From Basidiobolus meristosporus CBS 931.73 (lineage: Eukaryota > Fungi > Basidiobolomycota), in assembly GCA_002104905.1 (NCBI GenBank), contig MCFE01000424.1, positions 13,587 to 77,586 of the forward strand: a DNA stretch of 64,000 nt, read 5' to 3'. Below are positions 1 to 13,256 of the stretch, in pieces. Numbering within the stretch: the stretch's first letter is position 1; the number at the start of each line of letters is the position of its first letter. The notes under the pieces are model-generated. The model did no database searches, was not told where the DNA came from, and saw only the letters and a program-made list of their open reading frames with translations. The translations under genes were made by a program, and so were the position numbers.

Positions 1-1130
1 ACAACACAAGATTTTTGGCCAATGGATACTCTTAAATAAAAGGACTTACTATACTGGGACCTTTGCACCAATAGCCAAGTTTAATTCCATCTGATTAATA
101 TTGGCTATTACAGCCAAATATAGGTTTTTATACATCAAATGATTTCAAAACCTGCAATTTTGAAGGGAGAAATTTATGAGGATGTGTATATGGATCAGCC
201 TGATAGGCTTGCCAGCCAGGATAGCCCTCATTCAGTCTACAAACTTAAAAAGTCTCTACATAGTCTCAAAAAATCACCAAGAGCCTGGAATTGCAAGATA
301 GAATCTGATTAGGAATATTTGGGGTTTGCAAGGAGTAAACCTGACTATAGTATATACTTTAAGCTAAGTAAAGCAAATCCAGTTCTACTAGCTCTTTATG
401 TGGTGGATCTTACTATAGCTGCCAATAACCTTGAAACATTGGAAGAGTCTAAACTCAGCCTATTCAAGGAGTTCAAGATGTCCAATCTAGGAGAACTTAG
501 TTATTACTTTGGGATAAGGTTCTCCATGGATAGAGGTACCCAGACTATAACCCTAAGCCAATCTAAGTATGCTAAGATATACTAAAGGAGTACAAAATGG
601 AAGACTGTATATTGGCATCTACGTCAATAGAGACAAACATTAATATGTTTGAAACTCAACCAAATCAAGAGAGCTTGGTGCCATCTAAAAGCCCTAGCTT
701 TCCTCATCAGTCCATGGTTGACAGTTGGCTGTAATTCATGCTTTGAACATTTCCTTATATCTCATATTCAGTGGGAGCTGCCAACTAGCATATTCAGAAC
801 TATAGAACTGATCATATTGCAGCAGTTGAGCAGATTTTTACACACCTAAAAGGAACTGCTTATATCTGCTCAATAAATACTTTATGGATTCAGTACAGGA
901 CTTTGTGGGATACTCTGATGCTGAGTGGGGACAGAACTTAGAAGACAGAAAATTCACTACAGAATACACCTTTCTTTACTGTAAAGGAGCAATTTCATGG
1001 GATTTAACAAAGCAATCAACTGTAGAACTTTCTACCACAGAGGGAGTGTATAGGGCAGCCTGTGAAGCTACAAAAGGAGCAATGTGGATAAGGAAGCTTC
1101 TGTAAGATATATGCATTTGTCAAAAAACAC
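1..1130 (+). mobile_element. Decayed Ty1/copia pol remnant (RT and RNase H), same family as the copies at 7.9-12.4 kb and 49-58 kb
   Basis: Broken ORFs 319-585 (LLALYVVDL = YVDD region) and 884-1105 (VGYSDAEWG..EDRK.TT.YTF..CKGAISW, STTE) align by eye with the fuller copies at 52.9-54.0 kb; many stops and frameshifts. Confidence 0.92.
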
Positions 1131-1199
1131 TTACTGGTTTGCCTATGAATAAAAATTTGATCCTGCAGGTGGATCTGATCTAGATTAGTCATCATGATC

Positions 1200-4100
1200 C
1201 CATCAGGAGACCACAATAATATCAGCAGGTTGGAATTAATGATTATCTACATAATCTTATGATGGGATCACAATGGCATTTTGCTAATATCACAGCCAAA
1301 CAAAGTTGATAAAATCTAACAGTGTTTGCACTGCATTTTGCCAAGGGTGGCATGGCATTGTTGTGGTCTTAGTGTGCTCTACAACTATTTGAGTAGATCA
1401 AACTGGCTAGTACATCCAATTGCCTTATATGGCAAGAAACTTAATGGTGTTTTAATGGTCACAAATTCAGCATCTCATGGCACTATTACAGCGGTATAAC
1501 AGCCTACAGCTGGTTCTGTATGATGCTACCATACCAATTTACCAAATAATATTTCCTTTTTCTACCTTACATTGCACAGTTCATATAATCCACTGTAGAG
1601 TCACCCCACTTTATTTGCTACCCACTACTACCTTGGATATTCCACATATAGTTTGAATGACAAAATACTATGACCTCCTGCTTACTAACCTCTAAAAACA
1701 CACACACCTAACACAAATGACATAAATCTATCACCTCAACTTTACAGCTTTTTAGTGTGATACTTGCAAAGTTGCCATATACCTTGTATGGCTGGTAACA
1801 CATACATCTTGCAAACATATGCTTGGTTGCCACCACTTCTGCCATCAATACCTCCAGAATATTTGCAAAGAACTATTTGGTATTTAGCCAATATATTCCT
1901 TCTACCTGCTGGATTCTAGTCCCCTTATATATGCATTCTGGCTCTTGTTTGTGTGAGCTCTGTATAAAATGGTGTTGAACTTGGCTTGTGACCAAGAGAA
2001 ATCTATCATACCTTGGTGGAGTTTTCCTAAAAAAATTAGTTGCTTGTTGCACCCAACCCAACCTTGCATTACTTAACTGATCACCCATGCATTGGGGCTG
2101 CTTAGCTTCTTTATGCTATAGGCATAGGTGTCTTCATATGCACATCTGTTCTCAGTATTTTCCAAATCTTCCTGGCTGTCCTCCATGTGCAAACTCATCA
2201 CAACCATGGCAGACCTGAAGGTAATATTCTGGATGAGATTAGGATATTGTGGTATCTGCAACCTGACTTGTCTTGTGGTCTCTGTGCACACCCACTCCAT
2301 AGGAAACTCCCAAAAGGTGAAGTAAGGTCCAATATTCCCTAGCAAGATGGAGTAATAAATGGATACCGTGGTGGCAGAGATCTACATGTTCAGCCTCATG
2401 CTTGTAGGATAGCCACTCAAATCCCACCACAAACTGTGCACATAAGCTGAAGATCCATCAAGTTGGCATTGGTGATCTGCTTTTGTATAAATATTCTTAC
2501 AATGTCCACATATGTCTCCCAATGCTTCTAGTGTACTCTTGGTAGAAATGGCTTCACAAGGCCACTTGAATAAATACATATCCAGTTCATCCAGTCCTTG
2601 CACTTGTGTTGTTACATATGCATATGCATGCTGATTGGAGCCTGTGAGAAGTACTTGGGGTAGCAGTACACTGTAATGTCCTGCCAATTCTTCCAAATCT
2701 CTCCAGTATCTCAAAGGGCTTGTTTAGCTTGAAATGCCCCACATACAACTTGATCATCAGTATAGGGACACTGTTGTGTTGCATTATGATTATTTTAGAG
2801 CTTGTTCTACAATGTATAGGCTAATCAACAATATACAACAACTACCAGTATGCTAATACTGAAATAGTTTGTTGGGAATTTGATATGCCAATAGAAGATA
2901 TAACTTCACTAGTATCCTCAATCTTAGGCTCAAAATATACTATAGGCAGTATTTCTCACTTCTACAGCAGTGTTCTGACCCTCTGTTGACTAATGGGCTT
3001 ATTTACTTTTATAGTAACTTTCCTTATTTGAAAGGCACTTTCCTTTCTGAGAAAATATTTCTTAATATGGAAATTCTGAACTCCCTTTTAACCTAAAGGG
3101 GTGTGTTGTAGAAGTCTCTAAAGGGGTCTTCAGACCTAAAGGGGAGTCTCAAAGGGTGTCTTTAGAGTAAAGGGGTCTCTAAAGTGGACTTTAGACTGAA
3201 GGGGTGTCTTTAGAGCAAAGGGGCTTCTTAGAGGGGACTTTCCAACAGAAAAATGGTAGTTTCTTGTAGAACTTAGATTGGATTCTTGTGAGCTTTGCAG
3301 TCTCTTTACTGATGTAGTACCAATTAAAGTCAGAATACTCAACAGTGCAAGTGATGCAGGGGAAATCTATTACCTTCAAACCTGTAATCATAGTGTGAGG
3401 ATTCTAGAAAGAGAGGCTCTCTTTTATTTTTCAGCTGGGGAAGTCATATATATGAAATTTCTGAAGGATCAAAGTTTTTGGGCAATTGCGCATGCAATAC
3501 ATGTGATACAAAGCTAAAATCTTGCAGTGGCGCAGATTGGACATTGGCGCAGCACCTGTGCAAATATCACATGATTTGACTGGCTGGCTCAAAGGTTAAA
3601 TGCAATCAAAGTAACCATAGTAGTCCTAGCAATAGAGACCTAGTATATATAATATTTGGACTCTTTTGGTTGTAACTCCTTAAGTAGTGCTTCAAATGAG
3701 CTGAAATATGAAACATATGTTGGCTACTGTGTGTTTTGTACAACATAATAATTGCAGGTGGATTGCTTGTCAGGGTCTGGAGTATTTATTCTTCGAAGCT
3801 GTAAATTCTTGATCTTTAACCTGTGTGTTACATTAGCAAAAAGCAAAATAAAGAAATGAGTTCAATATTGGCTTTGAGATATTGTAGTAATGGAATACTT
3901 CCCATTACCACAATTCTTAGGGAAAAAAGTTGAGAAATGGCCAGCAAAATACCTTCATAGTATTAGCTGAATTACAGGTTTCTCAAAATTGACAACTCTC
4001 AATATCTCTGTTCTTAGCTGATGGGCACGCAAGCAAACAGGCTCTCCAGGAGAAGACTGGGCAAACTAGCAACCATACCAAGTTTGGTAATTAGTTGCCC

Positions 4101-5830
4101 ATTACTTCCATCAAAAATTGCATTTGAACTTTTGAACCCAAAACACCAGCTGAATACCAGCAAAATACCATTAGAATAACAGCAGAATACCAGCAGAATA
4201 CCAGCTAAAAATCAGATGAATTCCAAGTTTGAGATTCTTCATAGGGGATATTGTTGAGAAGCAAATGCATTGCTCTCAGTGGAAAGCTTTTACTCCAACA
4301 GATACCCTCTATCTTAGGTATCTCCAGTTTCTGATTAATTCAATATTCTGGCCAATGACTTAGAGCTTGCCAACTTTGCTGCAATTGCATGCTGACTTCT
4401 GTATGTTCTCTCTGTGGCAAGATAATATTCCTAGTGTTGTTGTGGGTAATAGTAATGTGTACAAGTTATGGAGTAAGTCCCTTGGATCTCACACATTTGA
4501 CAGCAATATCTTCCAAGGTGCCCAGAAAAGCTGGCTATCTTACTGATGGCTGGGGTATATCCAATGCAGATATTAATATGCACTTTTACATGACAGCCAC
4601 CTACTGTCATCCTGCTGGAAAGCAGACAAAGCTCATCCAGCAATGGATACAGGTAGCTATCCAGGTTGGATGGTGATTTAGGCCCAGATATCAGCAAGAC
4701 TACCATCAGATTTCTTCTCTGATACTGTACAATAGACAGCAGATTAAGCTTGATGAGAATCAGTGGCCAGCAGGATTTACTGGTGGAGTACTTGTTTAAT
4801 GAGTATCCATCAAGTGCCAAGGCAAGGGCATGGTCATACATACCTTCAAAGTAGCCCTTGCTTCTTAGCAGCTTGTAATGCTTGCCATCAAATATATCTG
4901 ATATGTTTGTGCTTGATTGATACTGAGTGCAGTACTATATAGCTTAACAATATTTGTTGGACTGCATGAGCTTCTTTAGATGGGGTACTATTGGAATATA
5001 TCTGGAGTGTGAACAATGTTTTCCCCAATGGTAGTGGATTCCTGACAAGTTGGACACCTTGCAATAGTGGCATTTTCTGATGTGAATGCCATGCAACTGT
5101 TAACACATGCTGATATCAGGACAGTCTCTGGGTTATATGTTGCCAGCCACATGACAGTTTTCCTTTTATCCATGTACATGGTAGGTTGCATCCTGGGATA
5201 ATTTTGGCAAGAAGTAGTAGTAAATCATCAAACCCCTATTACTGATACTAATGGAAACATGCTACTTCTCTATCCACAACATCACATCATTCACCAGTGG
5301 ATGGATTACAAGGCCCACTTGACTCTATAAAGTATCCTTGGCATTTTTTTCCATGGGTGTTGTCTCATTGCATAATGCAATTTTGCCAGGCTTATGCAGG
5401 GTACTGTTGTTAGGGAAGGTAGGCTCACAATCTGTCAGTGAGCCTGCTTCTTCAGAGCTTGCACTCTGTATGCTATATTCAGAAGGCTGGGGTGAGCCCA
5501 AAGGTGTCACAAATTCACCTGACTCAGTTTGCACAAGGTGACAATTACAGCCTGATGCTATTATAGAAGTATCAAGTGGCCAGCAAGATATTGCTGGTAT
5601 GGTAGTGACTGGTGAATGGTCAAATATGACTTGCATGGCAAAACACTGGCTGTGATCCTTATAATACTTCCTATGCTATCTTTGTGCTTCATGGCTGAGA
5701 GGCTTGCTGCAATAGTGACATGGTCTTTTTCTCTTCTCTTTCAGTGTTGAATGAAAGAATTCTTGTCCATGGGGCAAACAGCTTGACACTCAACAATGTA
5801 ATGCTATTATATCACTTTTTTGTCAATACT
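1200..5830 (-). mobile_element. Decayed CACTA/EnSpm (CMC) transposase pseudogene, split by about 1.3 kb of non-coding DNA (~2890-4205)
   Basis: Minus-strand ORF fragments carry CACTA transposase motifs: ACVNSCMAFT..RCPTCQE (4988-5191); LALDGY..SCWPLILIKLNL..LLISGPKSPSNLDSYLYPLLDEL..GHLGRYCCQMC (4431-4841, Transposase_21/Tnp2-like); HLLLHL and GPYFTFWEFPMEW..YPNL (2073-2430, DUF4218-like). Ends are approximate; no terminal inverted repeats found. Confidence 0.8.
3092..3240. repeat. Degenerate minisatellite, about 9 copies of an AAAGGGG-type core spaced 11-25 bp apart
   Basis: ctaaaggggtgtg, ctaaaggggtcttcagac, ctaaaggggagtct, caaagggtgtctttagag, taaaggggtct, ctaaagtggactttagac, tgaaggggtgtctttagag, caaaggggcttct, tagaggggacttt read directly. 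Confidence 0.7.
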
Positions 5831-5992
5831 CATGTGAGTTTAAGACAGTCTTGTATTTGAGATATTGCACCTACATGTATATAAGATTCAATGATGATAT
5901 ACCATAGTAGGCATTATAAATAAAGTTGTGGCACCACATACACATGTATCTGTAACACCATTCCTGCTTTGATTTGACTTGCTTCCCAATGT

Positions 5993-7800
5993 ATGCAACC
6001 AAAAAATAAAGCAAAGTTGTCTGGTTCCCAACCAAACCCCACTGCTAACAGCAGCAGAAGAGCAGTTGGGCCACAGCTTGCTTTGACATTCAGTGCAACA
6101 AGCAGGGCTACAACCAAAAAAGGCCCTGTTGACAGTGTGCTCACTGAAGGGAATAATGCAGACTCCTCAGGCTCTCAGGCAAGTAGGCAATTGGAAATCT
6201 CTGCAGAGCTGAAAGCTGACCATAATGCTGAGGCATGTAAATGTAGCAAAAGTAGTACCTTCAGTTGAAGACCAGCAAGTAGCCCACACAACATCACCAC
6301 CACCTGTATTGGCAAGTTTGTTGTCAGCTCATATCAAAGCATTAATGAGGCAATTAGGTGCAGTGGCTGATAGGATAGATGCAATGGCCCAGAGAAATCA
6401 GGAAATAGTCCTGAGACAGGATGAGTGGATAAAAGGTGTAGAGTAAACAATATCCCCAGTAGAGAAAGCAGTATCATTGCTGCAAAGAACAAGCTCAAGT
6501 AGCTCAGTATTGTGAGTACTAAATGTAGTACTCTCTCTTTGCCCAAGTTTTCTCCCCAGAGTCCTACCCAAAGTCCCCCAGTATCCTCCCTATGATTCCA
6601 CCACACATCCTCCCTCCTATCCCTGCCCTTTTCTAGTTGAACACTTACCATAAAAGGAAGGTGTTCACACCCCTATTTTATAATACATTGTCTATTATCT
6701 AAGCCCCCCCCCAAGTGATATATATATATATCTATCCAATTGAACCAAGTGAGAGGACAGGAAGATTTGGACAGAATAAACACAAGTCTTTATTACCTTG
6801 CTACCTTCTATTGGAAGCTATTCTGAACCTAGTGATACTGACTTGACCTACAAGCTCTCCCACTCACAAAGTACAGTCAGCAATAACCCACAAATGTTGT
6901 AGCCAAGAATTGAGCCATTTCCTGATGTAATAGCAGAGGAACACTGTGCAGTATTTGAAGCACAACAACAGTGCCCAAAGAAAAAGCTCACAGAAAAACC
7001 TATCACAGCATGGGAGGGAGAAAATGTAGTGTTTATACCAAAGCCTAAAAATCAAAAGACATTGAAAATCTGTGAAGCCATTGAGTGCAATGATGAAGAG
7101 TGGGCTAGTATTCAAGAGGCTGTTAGAAGTCTAGCACACCAACACCTTAAGGCTAGCATACCATGGGACCATCAGGAACTCAAGGCCAAGTAGAATGTGC
7201 CTGGGTTGTTCCATAAGCATTATCCTTTGATTTAAACAAGCAAATGGATTTTGGGCAAGCATTGGTATGCTAAGAAAGTATCTCAAGAATAGCAGAAACT
7301 ATCAGAGGCAGAAGAATAAGGGTGCAGTGGCAAAAAACCAGCGGCTTCCTCTAGAGCCTGTCACAAGCAGGGTCAAAAGCTCTAAACAAGAGTCAAAGAG
7401 ACATCAGGTAGCTGGAAGAGTGCCAATAAGGCAGGCAGACATAGATGCACCAGCACAACACTTAACAGAGAAAAAGTGTAGCTCCACTTGAGAAGCACTC
7501 AGTTAAAGTAGCTGTGAAGGACCTGGCAGTGATAAAAACAAGCAGCTACCTCAGGAACCTGTCACAGCATGGGCTGAGAGCTCAATACCAGCAGGAAAGA
7601 AGAGTCAGGTGGCCTGCAGAGTGCCAGCAAGGGGCAAGCAGACCAAGACAGATGCATCAGAGCAGCATTTATCAAGGAGAAAACATAGTTCAATACAAGA
7701 AACTCTCAGACAAAGTAGCAGTGAAAGACCTGACAGTGTTAAAGGAAAAGGTCAAGGGGAAAAGTCTACCCATGCCATAGACTGGGAAGTGTGAGAAAAA
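5993..7800 (+). pseudogene. Decayed coding region of unknown function, divergent from the CACTA transposase; probably transposon-associated
   Basis: Chain of broken + strand ORFs (5993-6268, 6225-6446 with a coiled-coil-like stretch, 7267-7491, 7514-7780) in CpG-depleted sequence; no domain recognised. Confidence 0.35.
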
Positions 7801-8860
7801 AGCTGCAGTTCTTGCCAATTGATGATGTAAGCCTGGAACAGACTGAATCTCATCATAGCCAAGAAGAATCACCAACAAGAAAACAGCTGTTTTCACTGGA
7901 GTTGGAAGTTTTGTAAAAATTTGTATTTCCACCTAACTTAGTCACTTAGATCATTACCCTCAAATCTTAGAGAATACTGACCAAATTCCTTGTCAGGATT
8001 TACTTAGAATATTTTCACCAAAATACCAGGTACCCAGAACATGAAAATTCTCAAAGTTGTCCAAACAGCTCCAAACTTTGCACACATGTTCTTGGGACCT
8101 TCCTTAGCCTATTCTACATGCTTGTTGTGCCAAGACCAAGTAAAAGTACAAATACTACTTTTACATTCAGTAAATCATTAAGTGAAAACCACATAATCTA
8201 CTTGTTCTCCCAATCACTTCCAATATCTCCAAGACTCTTACAACAGGTTATGAGCCCCAAGCTGTCACTCTCTGCAATGTCTACTACTGCTATTAATGGA
8301 ATTTGTCCCTTTGCTGAAAAGCTGAATGGATCTAACTACCAAGTGTGGAAGTTGAAGATGAAGATGCTGCTATAAGAAAGAGGCCTGTGGGATATTGTCA
8401 TGGGAGAAGAATGCCCTCCTAAAAATGTGGGAGAGGAAGCCTTGAAGTACCAGAAGAAAGAACAAAGTGCCTTTAACTGTATTTGCCTTAATGTTAAGGA
8501 CAAATTGCTAATTCAATGCTCAAGAGCAAAAACAGCAAAGAATGCCTGGAAGGCATTAGAAGACACCTGCCAGTCATGTTCAGCTGCTAAGAAAATGTAT
8601 CTGAGACAAAAATTCTTTGCTACAAAGATGCTGCCAGGAGAAGAAATGAAATATCTAATTAACAGAATTATGCTGCTGGTAGATTAGATAAGATCTGTGG
8701 GCATACCAACTACTGATGAGGATGTGATAGTTACCATCCTGAATAGCCTGACAGACAAGTTTCAGGGCCTTGTATCAGCTCCAGAGTCCAGAACTGAATA
8801 TTTGACCTTAAATTACATATATGGAAGGCTCCTGGATGAAGAATTAAGAAAATCAAGCGC

Positions 8861-9930
8861 TGTAGTGGGGTGACAGTGACACTCACTAACAGATGTGCTC
8901 ATTCCCTTATTTTCTACTTCCCTATATCTCTACTACACTTATTTTAGTTTTATCCCATTTGTCTTACCCAATCAGTACTATCCCATAAGCCGTTTGACTA
9001 TCACACCTGCTTACCTTATTGCATAAGTTATCCCTCACTTTATGTAAGATTACTAGCTATAAGTGCTTTGATATTAGGCAAGTACTCGCGCCAGTACCCT
9101 TGACACATGATCAACCCATGTCACCATCCCTATCATTTCCATGCCATATATGGTAACCCTATGTTACACAGGTTTCAGAATATTGATTCCTGATTGGTTG
9201 GATGTGCTGTGCCTCTTAGAACCTTCTAGCACCTACTCAGAACATTCTTAGGTCACTCTGATGTCATTAAGATTTCTACTGATATCCAGAACCTTCTAGA
9301 ACACCATGATTAGTAATCACTTAGCTAGTAAGAAAAGTATATAACAGAGGCTATCTCTCAACAATAAATCATCATCTCTTTTATCAATATACTGATTTGT
9401 TGATTAGTGTGATCACTGATACCTGCTGCTACCTGAACTTCTACCCCAGACCACAGGACACTCCTAGGAAACTGTGCTGACAGCCAACTGACCTTGGAGG
9501 CACTACTTGTGAGTAATACTCAGAGTAGGTATCTTTTATTATATTTGATTCTTTCCCAGGTTTGTTCTTGTACAGGCAAAGATACTTTTCTGTCTTTGTA
9601 ACTATTGACCATAGCTGCATTCTTATCAAGTCCCTGCTGGTGGAGTTTACAGTTGTTTTGACTTTGGAAGCTTTAGTACATTGTCATCTCAAAGGACACT
9701 GAACCCAGCACATACTTTTGTTAAGACACCATCTATGTTGGGGATTGTAGCTCAATAGTTTTCCCTTGACAAGCTTGTGGCTTTATTCCCCTTCACATTA
9801 GATTAAAGACAGAACCCAAGTATTCCTAGCAAGCTTTTGCCAGAGGTTATTGCACCCAGTGAACACTCCACACACAAAACACTTGAGAAGTGTTAGACAT
9901 ATCTCTCCCTTGGACCTATTCACCACCACA
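8861..9930 (+). mobile_element. Solo LTR (1070 bp) of a second LTR family, probably Ty3/gypsy-type, inserted in copia gag
   Basis: Starts TGTAGTGG, ends CCACCACA; flanked by 4-bp GCGC (8857-60) and GTGC (9931-34); copia gag resumes in register; internal TATA-like and AATAAA motifs; homologous to 10221-11024. Gypsy assignment is inferred only from the 4-bp TSD. Confidence 0.8.
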
Positions 9931-10220
9931 GTGCCAATAAGAAGGAAGAAGAAAATGCTTTAATAAGCAATGATAACCAATAAAGGAGGTACTCAAGACC
10001 CTACAAAGGCAACAGCAACCTGTTTTGTAACTACTGCAAAAGGAAAGGACACACATCAGACCATTACTTCAAAAAGAAAGATAATCAGCAAAAGAAGCCT
10101 GAATATGGAAATGCTGTAACAACTGAAGATAGACTATTCATATCAGCACTAAATATGACCACAAACAAGGATTCTCAGATGTGGTATATTGACTCTGGAA
10201 CATCTCAACACTTTACATGC

Positions 10221-11024
10221 TGTGGTGGTGTTGAGGTACTCCTGGGAGAAGCTACACAACTCAAGGTGTGTGAGGTGTCTGATGGGTGCAATAACCTCTG
10301 TGTCTAAACTGCTGGTGTCTTTGTCAATATGTCACTATGGTAAAAGCTCCTGCTTCTCTAGCTTCCTAGGTGCTCCAAGTGTCTCCAAAGGCCTCTGTGT
10401 GTCTTGTGCACTACCCTGAAAAGCTCCTTGATGGCAGGTCTGAGATGTACTGTTGAAGGCAGGTGCAGTGATCAACTGCTATTCAATAAGGGAGAAGTGT
10501 TACTCATAGAAGGGATGATTTATTGATGAGGGATTGCTTTCCCTTAAATACTTTTCCTGATTGCCAAGTGATAACTAATGACAAGGTTCTAGAAGAATCT
10601 AGGGATCAGTGGAACTCTTGATGACATCACTATGAGCTAAAAGTATGCCAAGAATGTCCTGGAAGGTTCTAAAAGACACAGCACATCCAACCAATCAGGA
10701 ATCAGTAGTCAGAAACCTGTGCAACATAGAAATACCATATATGGTATTGAAATGGTAGGGATGGCAACACAGACCTAGGTCATGTGTCATGGGTAATGAT
10801 GCGGGTACTTGCCTTATGTAGATACATATACTAATCACAGAGCTGAATAACATCTGGGATAACCAATGCTAATAACTAATCAGGGTAAACATCATATGGG
10901 GATAATACTGATAATATGGGCAAAAGAAGAATGGGATAATATTGATAAGATAAAATATGGATAAGTATATCATATTGGCTATATGAATAAACTTGTCTGT
11001 GGGAGGTATGTTTACCCATCCACA
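10221..11024 (-). mobile_element. Solo LTR (804 bp), diverged relative of 8861-9930, in inverted orientation
   Basis: Reverse complement shares AGGCAAGTAC, CCATATATGGTA, GATTCCTGATTGGTTGGATGTGCTGTG, CAATAAATCATC, CAGAGGTTATTGCACCCA and terminal CACCACCACA with the first insert; 4-bp flanks ATGC (10217-20) and ACAC (11025-28); copia sequence resumes in register. Confidence 0.8.
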
Positions 11025-12954
11025 ACACCAAAAAGAACTTTTTACCCAATATCAAGAAATTCCAATTAAGAAGGTTTTCATGGGTGATGAAAGAACATTT
11101 ATGCAGTGGGAGTAGGAACTATCCAAATGAACCTAAGAATCAGTGAAGGAAGCCATACACTGACTTTCAAAGAAGTACTCTATGCATTTTTGAATGGAGA
11201 ACTTGATGGGGATGTGTATATGGTCCACCCTGATGGTTTTGTTGACCAAGATAACCCCCATTTGGTCTGCAAGCTTAAAAAGTCACTATATGGTCTCAAA
11301 CAGTCACCAAGAGCCTGAAATTACAAGATCAACTCTTATTTGGAATCTTTGAGTTTCAAAAGGAGTAATGCCAACTATAGTATATACTATAAGCCAGATA
11401 GAGAAAATCCAGTTCTATTAGCTCTATAAGTTGATGATCTTATTATAGCTGCCAATAACCTAGAAACATTGGAAGAGACTAAATCCAGCCTATCAAAGGA
11501 GTTCAAGATGTCTGATCTAGGAAAACTCAGTTACTACTTAGGGATTAAGTTCTCCATAGACAGAAGTACCCAGATTATTACCCTAAGCCAATCCAAGCAT
11601 ATTCAAGATATACTAAAGAAGTACCAAATGGAAGACTGTAAACCAGCAGCAACCCCAATGGAGACAAACCTTAACTTGGTCAAAACTCAACCAAATCAAG
11701 AGAGCTTGGTGCCATCTGAAAGCCCTGACTTTCCTTATCAATCTATGATTGGCAGTCTGATGTATATCATGCTTGGAACATGTCCTGATATCTGATATTC
11801 AGTGGGAGTTGTCAGCCAACATAATCAGAATTATGGATCTGATCATATTGCAGCAGTTGAGCGGATTTTTAGATACCTAAAAGGAACTGCTGATATCTGC
11901 TTAAGATACACTTATAAGGATTCTGAACAGGATCTTGTGGGATATTCTGATGCTGATTGGGGACAAAATTTGGAAGACAGAAGATCTACCACAGGATATA
12001 CCTTTCTTTACTGCAAAGGAGCAATTTCATGGAATTCAAGAAAGCAACCAACAGTAACACTTTCTACCACAGAGGCAGAGTACATGGCAGCCTGTGAAGC
12101 TACAAAAGAAGCAATGTGGCTAAGAAAGCTTTTTACAGATATAGGCCTATGTCAAAAAATGCCTATTACTTTATTTCAAGATAATCAAGGATGTATACAA
12201 CTAGGTAGAAATCCAACTTTTCATGCTAGAACCAAGCACATGGATATTAGACATCAGTTCATATGTGAAGCTATAGAGAATAACTTAGTTAGCTTAGTTT
12301 ACTGTCCTACAGATGAAATGAGTGCAGACATATTTGCCAAACCATTAGCTAGAGACAACTTTGAATATCTTAGGTCAAAATTAGGACTATATGTATTCCT
12401 CAGTCTGATAAACACAGGTCTTGAATAAGCAGCCTTGCCTTGGAAACATGTCTTGCCTTGTTGATCTACACCTAAGTCATTTCCTGGTCCTGCCTTGCCC
12501 AGCTTTACTCTCCTGCCTTGTGTCTATTCATAACAGTAGATGTGTTTGCAGAGAAAGGCAATTTGTCTACCACAGCCTCCACATTGTCCATTGTTGACAG
12601 AGTGGAGATCTCACTGACAGACAAAGTAACATCTTTAAGAGCTCAATAGGTTATCATGATGTCTTCAGTGCAATTTTGGAACATTAATATGCACACCAAG
12701 AGGTTGCAGCACTTCAAGAGCAGTCATCAAGAAAACACACTTGAATATTGCAAGGATTTATTGCAAAGACTAGCAGATGAGGAGCTAAACCTTACAGTGC
12801 TGGCCAAAGACTGGAACATATGGGAACCAGTGAATGAACAGTGGCATAAAGCCACTGGGTTCCCTCCAAAGCCATGGAACCAGAGCATTAGAGCAGAAAT
12901 ACTTATTAAGTGGTGGATTTTAATGGAGTTACATGGCAATCATATAGCTTATGC

Positions 12955-13164
12955 TTAGGAATGTCTTCAGTACACATATGCAAAGCTTGGGGCTGTTTGG
13001 GCAACTTTGAGAATTTTCATGTTCTTGGTACCTGATGCTTTGGTGAAAATATTCTAAGTAAATCCTAACAAGAAATTTGGTGAGTATTCTCAAAGGTCTG
13101 TAGGTAATGATCTAGGTGACCAAGTTAGGTGAGTATTTAGGTGGAATTACAAATTTTTACAACA
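12955..13164 (-). repeat. Partial copia-family LTR (inverted, diverged)
   Basis: Matches the reverse complement of the 349-bp LTR (…ttaggtgagtatttaggtggaattacaaatttttacaaca). Confidence 0.85.
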
Positions 13165-13256
13165 GTCAAAGGCACTTGATATAGGGAACTTTTGGAAAAA
13201 TTCCAGTAACAGCATAAGTAGACATTCCAGAGAGTGACAGCCTAGGGCTCACGGTC

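Larger units (their letters stand above)
7909..12390 (+). mobile_element. Ty1/copia element, decayed: 5' LTR, PBS, gag, integrase deleted, RT/RNase H, 3' end missing; interrupted by two solo LTRs
   Basis: LTR 7909-8245 matches the 349-bp LTRs at 49-58 kb; PBS GGTTATGAGCCC 8246-8257; gag (KLNGSNYQVWKLKMKMLL); junction EEVLY|AFLNG near 11183 skips the integrase; RNase H ORF 11802-12428; similarity to full copies stops at ~12390, before PPT and 3' LTR. Confidence 0.93.

Noticed and set aside
3092-3240. AAAGGGG array as CRISPR or telomeric repeat
   Set aside because: Units are short, irregular and degenerate, have no unique spacers and do not match TTAGGG.
12391-12958. ORF 12656-12958 as a host gene
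   Set aside because: CpG-depleted and wedged between TE remnants; probably a repeat fragment that I cannot classify.
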